Assembly (NCBI GenBank): GCA_002707525.1
Contig: PAND01000011.1
Coordinates: 36,934-100,933, forward strand
Origin: Flavobacteriales bacterium
GTDB taxonomy: Bacteria; Bacteroidota; Bacteroidia; Flavobacteriales; Schleiferiaceae
Reading direction: 5' to 3'
DNA length: 64,000 nt
Made by a program: the position numbers and the translations under genes. This document shows positions 8,303 through 17,071 of this stretch, piece after piece. The number at the start of each line of letters is the position of its first letter. Positions within the stretch are counted from its first letter, which is position 1. Under the pieces are notes generated by a model. That model had not been told where the DNA came from. It worked only from the letters and a program-made list of their open reading frames with translations, and searched no databases.

Positions 8303-10241
8303 AGTATTTGGTTAATTGCCATAAGCGCAATAGATCGGTACGGATTCTAGCCTCTTTTGCATAATCCTCAATGAAGGCTTTGGCATTTTGAACAAAGTCT
8401 AATTCCTTGGGTAATTCTCTGCAAATGTCAAAAATTGGAGCGGGCAATTCTGGTAGTGAAAACTTTTTACCTAAATGTACAGAGTAGCCGATTAAAGCTT
8501 TTTTCCCCAATAAGATGTTTCCGGCGTTTTGAATCCAAATGTGCCAGCCTTTTATTCGCCCGTAGATTAATGCAGTAAGAAAGGAGAGGGGAACAATAAG
8601 TACAAAAAAGGTAAGGGCCACCTCATAAATTCTGCGCTGTCGCAAATAGTTAGGGTCACTTATTAAAAACTGTTTTTTATAAGTAGTACCCTGACTAAGA
8701 CTACTATCAGAACCAATTATAAAACCCTGCTGAGGTAAAAATGACTTGATTGAAGTTTCCGCTCCGAGTTGTTCGGTTAATTCTATGAGCTTATCAAAAC
8801 TAGTAGAAGAGTTATCAATGATTAACTCATTGATACGGTACAAACGGATGAGCGCACGCAATGTTTCCAGATCATTGTTTTCAACAGGATTTTGATTCCA
8901 CTCAAAGGCAGGTTGGACCTTGCTTTCGTTTAATATTTTCCGCAGTGCGTCAAAATTAGAGTTATTTCCGTAAAAAATAATTCGAGGTTGTTTCTGTTCT
9001 TCATGAAAAAGTCGCTGGCCCGTTAATGCCGTTATGATTGCTCTATACGTCAATAGAATGGTTGTTCCAATCAAAGCGCCAAGTATAAGTAAAGCTCTTG
9101 AAAAGCGCAGCTCTTCTGGTAAAAGTCCGTACAGGAAGCCGATTAAAACGGTGGTAACAAACATGGAACGAATCAGGTGTTTAGGTTGCGTTCCTTTAAA
9201 ATAAGCGCCGCCTATCCAGAGTCCAAAAATCCAAATCAAAACATAGGAACACTGAATTTGGAAAGTATAAAAGTCGGGGTAAGAGCCGCCATTGATAAAT
9301 CTGTGATTTAGTTCCCAGTAAGTTTTGCTTTGATTTAGCACAATAAAAAGTAAGGCTCCATCAAATGCCGGAGCAAACGTACTTTTTGCAATACGAGCGA
9401 TTACAGCAAGAGAACCCCTTAAATAAATTCCTAAGTAAATAAGTAGTTTGTATGCCCAAGCCGCACTTCCACTGAATTGCTTTTGCGCAAATAATACCAT
9501 TGCTTTGTAAAACATGCGCACATAGTTTAGGCTCCCGCGTTTGGTGCTTTCTCCTTTATAATGAATGATTTTACTTTCGGAGAAGTAGATGTTTTTCTTA
9601 CCTGTTTTTTGGAGTTCATAGCTCAGATCTATATCCTCGCCATACATAAAGTATCGTGCATCAAAACCTTTGACTTTGCGCAGCAAAATTGTAGGCACCA
9701 TCATGAAACACCCTACAAGAATATCAACTTCGTGATTTTGATTTTTATCTAGATGTCCCAGATGATAACGTGCAAATGTTGGAGATTTAGGAAAGATTGA
9801 GCTGAGACCCGTGATTTTCCAAAAAGCAACCAAGGGTGTAGGAAGTGATCGTTTGCTTTCAGGGAGAAACCTGCCACTGCCATCAATTCCCTGAATGCCC
9901 AAACCGCCAACTTCTGGATGGAGTTCTAAATAATTTACGCACTTTTCAATAGTATCAGATTGCAATACCGTATCAGGATTTAGAATGAGCGTATACTTGC
10001 CTTTTGCAGCTTCAAACCCAATATTATTTGCTTTGCCAAACCCAATGTTTTCCGAGTTATTAACCCACTGAATTGAAGGAAACTGCTTGCAAATAGCACT
10101 CTCGCCAGAATCATTACTATTATTATCCACTACTATAACCTCAAAAGAAGAGGACGTTGAGCTTTTATAAATGCTATCAATGCATTGCGTCAGAAATTCT
10201 TTGACGTTGTAATTAACAATAACGATGCTCAGGTCTAGCAT
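8301..10241 (-). CDS. Family 2 glycosyltransferase fused to a multi-pass membrane region and a C-terminal extension
   Basis: 646 aa. The N-terminus is LSIVIVNYNVKEFL...VVDNNSNDSG with the GT2 DxD region YGEDIDLS. Hydrophobic segments occupy aa ~290-410 and ~555-575. The start ATG overlaps the recR stop by 1 nt (TAATG). Confidence 0.85.
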   Translation of the reverse strand: MLDLSIVIVNYNVKEFLTQCIDSIYKSSTSSSFEVIVVDNNSNDSGESAICKQFPSIQWVNNSENIGFGKANNIGFEAAKGKYTLILNPDTVLQSDTIEKCVNYLELHPEVGGLGIQGIDGSGRFLPESKRSLPTPLVAFWKITGLSSIFPKSPTFARYHLGHLDKNQNHEVDILVGCFMMVPTILLRKVKGFDARYFMYGEDIDLSYELQKTGKKNIYFSESKIIHYKGESTKRGSLNYVRMFYKAMVLFAQKQFSGSAAWAYKLLIYLGIYLRGSLAVIARIAKSTFAPAFDGALLFIVLNQSKTYWELNHRFINGGSYPDFYTFQIQCSYVLIWIFGLWIGGAYFKGTQPKHLIRSMFVTTVLIGFLYGLLPEELRFSRALLILGALIGTTILLTYRAIITALTGQRLFHEEQKQPRIIFYGNNSNFDALRKILNESKVQPAFEWNQNPVENNDLETLRALIRLYRINELIIDNSSTSFDKLIELTEQLGAETSIKSFLPQQGFIIGSDSSLSQGTTYKKQFLISDPNYLRQRRIYEVALTFFVLIVPLSFLTALIYGRIKGWHIWIQNAGNILLGKKALIGYSVHLGKKFSLPELPAPIFDICRELPKELDFVQNAKAFIEDYAKEARIRTDLLRLWQLTKY

Positions 10242-10858
10242 TATTGCGGTAGGCTTTGTTCGTAGGGGATGCGATGTTGAATACTTCGTCCCAGGGTTAC
10301 TTCGTCTGCAAACTCTAATTCATCACCAACAGCTATACCGCGTGCAATAGTTGTCAGGGTAGCATCAAAATCTTTGATTTTACGGTACAGGTAAAAGTTT
10401 GTGGTATCGCCTTCCATAGTGGTGTTTAACGCAAAAACTACTTCTTTTATTTTACCCGATTGCATTCTATCTAAAAGTGCATCAATGGTTAAATCACCCG
10501 GTCCAATGCCATCCATTGGCGATATTAACCCCCCGAGCACGTGGTATACGCCATTGTATCCGCCTGTATTTTCTATGGCCATAACGTCTCTAACATCTTC
10601 CACAATACATACTATACTTTGTTCTCTTTTGGGACTAATGCATATAGCGCAGATTTCAGTGTCCGAAATAGTATGGCATTCGCTGCAAAAGGTGGTGTTT
10701 TTTCTTAAATCTAAAAGTGCTGCACTGAGATCCTCTGTCTGTCTTGCTGGCCTACGTAATAAGTGCAAGGCAAGGCGTAAAGCGGTCTTTTTACCAATAC
10801 CCGGTAGCCTTGAGATTTCTTCTACAGCTAATTCTATTTTACGACTTGAAAAATTCAT
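10241..10858 (-). CDS. recR: Recombination protein RecR
   Basis: 205 aa. HhH motif [17 protein letters not shown], Cys4 zinc finger [16 protein letters not shown], and a Toprim region. Confidence 0.95.
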   Translation of the reverse strand: MNFSSRKIELAVEEISRLPGIGKKTALRLALHLLRRPARQTEDLSAALLDLRKNTTFCSECHTISDTEICAICISPKREQSIVCIVEDVRDVMAIENTGGYNGVYHVLGGLISPMDGIGPGDLTIDALLDRMQSGKIKEVVFALNTTMEGDTTNFYLYRKIKDFDATLTTIARGIAVGDELEFADEVTLGRSIQHRIPYEQSLPQ

Positions 10859-10895
10859 TGCGTCTCAAATGTAAGGGATTGCGCATATTTGTTGC

Positions 10896-12311
10896 ATGAA
10901 CAATTCACTCTTTTTAATTCTATTGCTTCTTTATGTATCTGCTTTGGCCATTGTAGGCTACTTCACTTCGCGTGGAGCATCAAATGCTACCTTCTTTAAT
11001 GCGAATAAAAATGCCAATTGGCTTCTGGTAAGTTTTGGAATGATTGGAGCTTCATTATCGGGAGTAACTTTTATAAGCGTTCCAGGTTGGACTTCTTCAT
11101 CCGGTATGACTTATATGATAATGGTCTTGGGGTATTTTTTTGGATATATATTCATTGCCAAAGTTTTATTGCCGGTTTACTATAAGAATAATGTTATTAG
11201 CATTTACGAGTTTCTTGGAATTCGTTTAGGTAAATCTAGCTATAAAACAGGCTCCTTGTTTTTTCTTCTTTCCCGAATAGTGGGAGCTTCGGCGCGTCTC
11301 TATATTGTAACCGTAGTGGTACAAGTGTTGATTTGTGATAGCCTAGGAATCCCCTTTGTCCTTACGGCCGTATTTATATTAGTACTAATCGCGTTGTATA
11401 GCGCAACTGGCGGTATTGCGACCATTGTAATTACAGATACGCTCCAGACAGTTCTCATGTTATCTGCTGCAATTATGGCATTCTTCTTTGTTGGTAAAGA
11501 GGTTGTTACAGAAAATAATACCTATTGGTCCACATTGAGGAGTCATTCGCATTGGCACTTTATAGATTTAGACGGACCTAAGTCATGGTGGCGGCAATTC
11601 CTAGGAGGCGCTGCCATCGCTATAGCTATGACAGGTCTAGATCAAGACATGATGCAAAAAAATCTAACGGTGAGAACCTTGAGAAACGCACAAAAAAACA
11701 TGGTTTTATTAGGGTTGAGTTTGTTGGTAGTCAATCTGTTGTTCTTATCTCTTGGAATTTTTTTGAGTGAGTTTGCTGCTGGGAATAACATCGGCGCCTC
11801 AGGGGATAAACTTTTTTCTTCTATAGCTATGCATCCGACGTTTCCAGCTGCTCTGCCAGTTGTATTTTTTCTTGGTCTACTTGCTGCTGCATTCTCTAGT
11901 GCAGATAGTGCGCTAACCTCTCTAACAACTGCATTTTGTATAGACTTTTTAGGGTTGAAAGGAGATAGCTCCACCAAGACAAGGTCAATTGTTTATGCCG
12001 GGTTTATGGTCGTTCTATTAATAGTCATGCTACTCATCTATAGCTTAAAATCAGAGACCATAATAGGTACCTTGTTTACGGTAGCCGGCTATACGTATGG
12101 GCCGTTGATAGGGCTATTTAGTTTTGCACTTATTTTTGGTCGAAAGCTGTTTGGTTGGAATGTTTTGGTTGTTTGTATTGTTGCTCCTATTATCTCCCAT
12201 CAAATAAGCCTATGGGCACCCCATTTGGGATACGCCATAGGCTTTGAGTTACTTGTTTATAATGGAATATTAACCTTTCTAGGTTTGTGGATAATTAGTA
12301 AGCGTCCTTAG
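10896..12311 (+). CDS. Sodium:solute symporter (SSS/SSF) family transporter
   Basis: 471 aa and almost entirely hydrophobic, with ~12-13 predicted TM segments. It has the SSF-like segment GASLSGVTFISVPGW. There is a 4-nt convergent overlap with the S8 peptidase stop. Confidence 0.8.
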   Translation: MNNSLFLILLLLYVSALAIVGYFTSRGASNATFFNANKNANWLLVSFGMIGASLSGVTFISVPGWTSSSGMTYMIMVLGYFFGYIFIAKVLLPVYYKNNVISIYEFLGIRLGKSSYKTGSLFFLLSRIVGASARLYIVTVVVQVLICDSLGIPFVLTAVFILVLIALYSATGGIATIVITDTLQTVLMLSAAIMAFFFVGKEVVTENNTYWSTLRSHSHWHFIDLDGPKSWWRQFLGGAAIAIAMTGLDQDMMQKNLTVRTLRNAQKNMVLLGLSLLVVNLLFLSLGIFLSEFAAGNNIGASGDKLFSSIAMHPTFPAALPVVFFLGLLAAAFSSADSALTSLTTAFCIDFLGLKGDSSTKTRSIVYAGFMVVLLIVMLLIYSLKSETIIGTLFTVAGYTYGPLIGLFSFALIFGRKLFGWNVLVVCIVAPIISHQISLWAPHLGYAIGFELLVYNGILTFLGLWIISKRP

Positions 12312-15300
12312 ATTTTAGTGATGTTCTGACTAATCACTCCGGAGTGACTCTGTACTTTAAGCGTATATAAGCCCGGAGGAAGCATGCTTAAATCAACCAC
12401 AACTGATTCTTCCAACTCCTCATACGTTGATCGTTGAAGACATGTTCCAAGGGCAGAATATATTTCAACTGTTGCCTGTCCACCTGGATTCATTGAAGAA
12501 ATAGTCAGTTGATCTCTAGTAGGGTTTGGATAGAACATTACCTGTGTCATTGTATTTTCATCCAAATCAATATTATTAAAAGACGTTGACGTGCTCTCAA
12601 TACCACAGTCTGTGGTGACCGTCAATTGTACGGTGTAAGATCCTGCTTGCGCATAGGTATGCTGAGGATTTTGTAAAGAACTAGTGTTTCCATCGCCAAA
12701 GTCCCATAACCATGCACTTGGGGAAGGCACAGTTACATCCTGAAAATTATAAGTCAAATTTCCTGCTAAATTTAAAGAGAATTGCGGTTGGAGTTGCGGT
12801 CCAGGAATTAGAATTGCTGAATCTGCGACAAAAGTAAAGGCATTGTAATACACGTATTCTAAATGGTAGTCAACTGGAGTATTGAGCGTGGCTGAATGAA
12901 CACCCATACCTGTAAAGTTGGTCACTACAGATGAACCAGATCTATTCAAACCAAATTGTCCTTCTAAAGTTGAGTCTTGACTATTCAACGAAAAGAAAAA
13001 AGGCTCGTCTTCACAAATAGTAGCGGGTAAATTCAAGTTAGCTAAGGAGGGATTCCCACCAAGGTCAATAACACGAATATTGTCCAGATATAGATTGTTC
13101 CCATATCCACAAATACCTACGAATTCGAATTGAACGTCAGTAGAGGATAGATTTGCCAAGTTAACGGTATCTGTTCTCCAATCAGAACTTCCACTTGGAA
13201 CAAAGGTAGAATTTGACGCAGCTACGGTCCCTAGATTTGCTCCCTCTTTTAGATAGAGGGTATCAAAGGTGTTTCCGCAATCCCCACTTACAATGACGGC
13301 TAATTGATCAAAATAATTTGCGCTATATGGGGCATAACTTACATCAAACATAAGCGTAGGCATTGTATACCCGCTGATATCAAATTTAGGACTTAGCAGT
13401 CCATCTGTTGTGCCAGCTGCATTGTAATTAAAATTGTCCATATACATTGCGCCCGATTTAACACCTGTGGGGCCATCCACATCCCCTCGCGACCAAGTTG
13501 TTCCATTATCCGCATTGGTAATGCTAAAATCTTGCAGTGTAGTGCTGCTAAATGTTTCAACAATGGGAAGAACCGGAAGCGGGCCAATTACTATTTCATT
13601 AACCTTGGTTAAGGTATCGCTACCATAGCTGTTGGAAGCAATGAGCGTTACGGTATAAGACCCTGTTGAATTAAAAATAATTTCAGGATTTTGTGAAGAA
13701 GCAGACGAACCGTTGGTGAATGAGAATGTTGCTGGAGTTATAGTCCAATTCCAATTCGTTGGCGTTTTAGCACTTTGATCTAAAAGCGTTACGGCCGAAT
13801 TTAAACAAGGCATTGAAGGTGAGGTAGAAAAACCTGCAATTGGGGTACCTATGTTATCCACAATTGATACGTTATCAATAGCTAAATCACTTTGGTAATT
13901 TCCACCGGTAATTCCTGTAAACCTTAATAAAACGGTATCTCCTGCATATGCACTTAAGTTGATAGTTTCTATTTGCCAACTATTCCCTTGATCTCCGTTC
14001 TTATTCAAAAGTGCGGTCCAAGAGGTTCCATTAAAGATTTCCACCGTTAGTGTTCCCATATCTCCTCCATACATGTGATAGGCAAATTCCAATTCAGGGG
14101 CAAACGCACTACTTAAATCAATACATGGGCTATAAAGAATAGCTTCTTCGAAATTACAATTACCCGAGGCTTCTAAATACAGGTACTTGCCATTATTACC
14201 AAAGCCAGAAGAGGGACCCGTACCATTGGAAGCTGTACCTCCATTGTGCGTTCTCCAATCAATTCCATCTTCCGAACCGTTAGTTAAATTGGTCCAATCA
14301 CCGCTAAGGTTACATACCGTAGCCCCACAATTTAAACTGGTGGCACAGTTTGAAAAAGAATTGAAGTCTTGCAGGAAAGGCAATGAATACAATGCAGAAT
14401 TCAAGTAGGTAATGGTTTGAACAACAGTATCATTCTGCCCATTCATGTCTCCGCTTAATTCCGTCCAAGCTTGAATGGAGCCGTTGGAGGTTCCAGACCA
14501 AGATATAGGGTCTGAGAATACGAAAATCGTATCTCCGTATGGAGCAATAGACCCATAAACCGTATCCCTTGTCGTTACGCCCTGATACTTATAGGCTACG
14601 GGGAGTGTGTCCAACGCAGATGTAGAAGGATTCCTCACTTGGACGGCAACTTCAATCGTATTGCTTTGACAACTGCTAACAAACTGAGGATTTAAGACTT
14701 CTTGTAATTGAAGGTCGCGTGGAAGCGGGCAATTCTGTGTTCCACTTGGTAGGCTTATTGCGTAGGCTCTTTTTCCCTGCGAGCCGTTCACGTTGGCTGA
14801 AGCACTCACCCAAGTGTCAGAAACCACTACAACAGGAATAACCATACTGTTGCTTACGTCTGTTAATACAGAATCCATGTATTTAGCACCCAATATAAAA
14901 GCTGTGTAATCTGTAGCTGATGTCACAGGATTAATAGTGATTTTGAGGCTATCTGGACAGACCCAATCAACAACCAATCCAGTTGGTTGTGGTATGATGG
15001 TCATTGGTCCTGCAGTAGAAGTGTCATTTCCTTTAATGACTCGCAAGTATGCAGCATCTGTGGCAATATTTGGCACAGTCCAATTCGCCATACCCTGACC
15101 AGTGATTGGTGATAAGTTTAGGGTGTTCCAAGTAGTCCCTGCGTCTGAACTAAATTCCCAAGTCAAACCATTTACCGCCCCGTCCCAACGGACAACAGTT
15201 GCTCCTGGTACCAGAGCTTCATTTGTATGCGGGTAGCTCAATACTACTTCCTCCATTTCAATAAAGTAAACCACATAGAAGGTTTGAGGCCCTTGGGGTA

Positions 15301-17071
15301 CGTTAGCGGCGGAGACATTAAGTTGGTAATCGCCGGCTGTTGGGTTGGCGATTGTCACTTGTTCTGCATTATTTAAGGAATCTGTTCCTCTCACTGCCAA
15401 GTTATTTAAGGTGGTGTTGTTTGGAGCTGGGTTTAGCACCCAAGGTTGATACGTGGTCGTATTGGTAATGTCTGTTACCGTAAAATCAAGGTTGTTCACC
15501 AAAGCCTTAGATGAAGAAGTAGATGCTTCAGGATCTGTCCAATATAACATTGCCCTCAGCTCCTTTGCACCTGGAGGCACTCCAATAGTGTAATTTAATG
15601 AGGAACTAGTTGAACTCGCATTACCTGAGAACCATGCGGTATCTTGAATGGTTCGGATGGCACGGCGAGCATTTACTCTTCCATATCCGAAAATAAAATC
15701 AGGCCCATCATTCCCTAAATCTTCCGCGGTATTCATTGCGATTGCTTTTAAGAGTCCCCCGGTTGCAGTATAGCCTTGGTGTTGGTCAAATGCCCCGTGT
15801 AAAACGGTGAAAAAACCTGCCACTCCCGGAGCAGCCATGGACGTACCTGTTTTGTTGCCGTAAGTATGTCCATCTATGGTAGAATATACACTGGTACCAA
15901 CTGCAGCTAAATCTGGCTTGATACGACCATCTGCTGCTGGTCCTCGCGAAGATGAGGATGCAATGGCGTCCAAATAAGTGATATTTGCAGTAGCAACAAC
16001 ATTTTTTCCTTGCTTATGGCCGCCAGTTACATTACCCCACTGTGAACCTGCACCATAACCACAATTGGAACCGTTGGCATTTCCTGCACTGAACACATGC
16101 ATTAACGCGTCATTATCTCTAATATCCTTATCCATCTGCTGGGCATAAAGCGTATAACCTGCATTACACCCATTAGAATATGAACTATTGGTTACCCGGA
16201 TTCCGTAAAGACCATAATGATTGTCTATACTACTTAAATTTTGAGGATAATCGTAATAAACCATAGAGGCTCCAGTGGCAGATCCAGCACCATCAGGATC
16301 AATGTTACCAGCAGCAAATACGGTACCTGCAACATGATCTCCATGATCTCCATTGGAGTTTCCTGCTAACGAAGTCAATCGTCCTTTATAATCATCATGA
16401 GGGCCTATATCTCCATCGTCCCCTACGGCTACAACTACATTCTCTCCCGTATATTCCCCGAATCTTTGCATATATGCAACTCTTGAGGAGGAGCGACTTT
16501 GAAAATTTTCTATGGATCCAGGCTCCTCAATGGCTTGAATAAATAGAACATCAGGTTGTTTCGCTAATTTTTCAAGATCACCCAACGCAAGTGTTGCGCT
16601 ATACCAGCTATCACTGAGCGGCTGTAATTGCTTCACAAACCCAGGTAAGGTTGAAAATTCACTCGTTGTTAAAAATTGAACAGCTATGTTGCCGTTGTTT
16701 AGAAATGCCCATGAGGGGATATCACCTATGCTTAAAGGACCGTCTAATTTCATTCTTGGTGTCCAAGCTGTAAATGAACTCACACCTACTTTTTGTAATT
16801 CCTCAACTTGAATTTTAGCTGGTAATCTCACTTCAAAAGCATTTTCAGGCAAATAATGGTAGACTTCTATTCCTAAATCAGCTAATGCTTTTTTATCTTC
16901 GGCCCTAACCGCGTGGTTCCAAATAGCTATACCGTAGGTAGGAGCATTTGAATTTATTTGAAGGAAGGAGCCTTCTTGAATTTCATAAGTGCCTGACTTT
17001 AATTTTAACTTAAGCTGGGCATTGGCGGTAAAAGAAAAAGCGGTAATTAAAATGAGTAAAAATCTCTTCAT
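12308..17071 (-). CDS. S8 family serine peptidase (subtilase) with MAM-like, CARDB-like and PKD modules and a T9SS C-terminal sorting domain
   Basis: 1587 aa with signal MKRFLLILITAFSFTANAQ. Triad motifs are VAVGDDGD, GDHGDHVAGTV and GTSMAAPGVAG, and the MAM hallmark is LEFAYHMYGGDMG. PKD-like repeats are WNWTITP...GSYTVTLIASNSYG and WLWDFGDGNTSSLQNPQHTYAQAGSYTVQLTVTTDCG. The CTD is FYPNPTRDQLTIS...GLYTLKVQS. Confidence 0.9.
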   Translation of the reverse strand: MKRFLLILITAFSFTANAQLKLKLKSGTYEIQEGSFLQINSNAPTYGIAIWNHAVRAEDKKALADLGIEVYHYLPENAFEVRLPAKIQVEELQKVGVSSFTAWTPRMKLDGPLSIGDIPSWAFLNNGNIAVQFLTTSEFSTLPGFVKQLQPLSDSWYSATLALGDLEKLAKQPDVLFIQAIEEPGSIENFQSRSSSRVAYMQRFGEYTGENVVVAVGDDGDIGPHDDYKGRLTSLAGNSNGDHGDHVAGTVFAAGNIDPDGAGSATGASMVYYDYPQNLSSIDNHYGLYGIRVTNSSYSNGCNAGYTLYAQQMDKDIRDNDALMHVFSAGNANGSNCGYGAGSQWGNVTGGHKQGKNVVATANITYLDAIASSSSRGPAADGRIKPDLAAVGTSVYSTIDGHTYGNKTGTSMAAPGVAGFFTVLHGAFDQHQGYTATGGLLKAIAMNTAEDLGNDGPDFIFGYGRVNARRAIRTIQDTAWFSGNASSTSSSLNYTIGVPPGAKELRAMLYWTDPEASTSSSKALVNNLDFTVTDITNTTTYQPWVLNPAPNNTTLNNLAVRGTDSLNNAEQVTIANPTAGDYQLNVSAANVPQGPQTFYVVYFIEMEEVVLSYPHTNEALVPGATVVRWDGAVNGLTWEFSSDAGTTWNTLNLSPITGQGMANWTVPNIATDAAYLRVIKGNDTSTAGPMTIIPQPTGLVVDWVCPDSLKITINPVTSATDYTAFILGAKYMDSVLTDVSNSMVIPVVVVSDTWVSASANVNGSQGKRAYAISLPSGTQNCPLPRDLQLQEVLNPQFVSSCQSNTIEVAVQVRNPSTSALDTLPVAYKYQGVTTRDTVYGSIAPYGDTIFVFSDPISWSGTSNGSIQAWTELSGDMNGQNDTVVQTITYLNSALYSLPFLQDFNSFSNCATSLNCGATVCNLSGDWTNLTNGSEDGIDWRTHNGGTASNGTGPSSGFGNNGKYLYLEASGNCNFEEAILYSPCIDLSSAFAPELEFAYHMYGGDMGTLTVEIFNGTSWTALLNKNGDQGNSWQIETINLSAYAGDTVLLRFTGITGGNYQSDLAIDNVSIVDNIGTPIAGFSTSPSMPCLNSAVTLLDQSAKTPTNWNWTITPATFSFTNGSSASSQNPEIIFNSTGSYTVTLIASNSYGSDTLTKVNEIVIGPLPVLPIVETFSSTTLQDFSITNADNGTTWSRGDVDGPTGVKSGAMYMDNFNYNAAGTTDGLLSPKFDISGYTMPTLMFDVSYAPYSANYFDQLAVIVSGDCGNTFDTLYLKEGANLGTVAASNSTFVPSGSSDWRTDTVNLANLSSTDVQFEFVGICGYGNNLYLDNIRVIDLGGNPSLANLNLPATICEDEPFFFSLNSQDSTLEGQFGLNRSGSSVVTNFTGMGVHSATLNTPVDYHLEYVYYNAFTFVADSAILIPGPQLQPQFSLNLAGNLTYNFQDVTVPSPSAWLWDFGDGNTSSLQNPQHTYAQAGSYTVQLTVTTDCGIESTSTSFNNIDLDENTMTQVMFYPNPTRDQLTISSMNPGGQATVEIYSALGTCLQRSTYEELEESVVVDLSMLPPGLYTLKVQSHSGVISQNITKI

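Noticed and set aside
10401-10874. 157-aa plus-strand ORF antisense to recR
   Set aside because: It lies entirely within the well-supported recR gene on the opposite strand. Its composition is low-complexity and Ser/Leu/Pro-rich, typical of shadow ORFs, and it has no recognisable motif.
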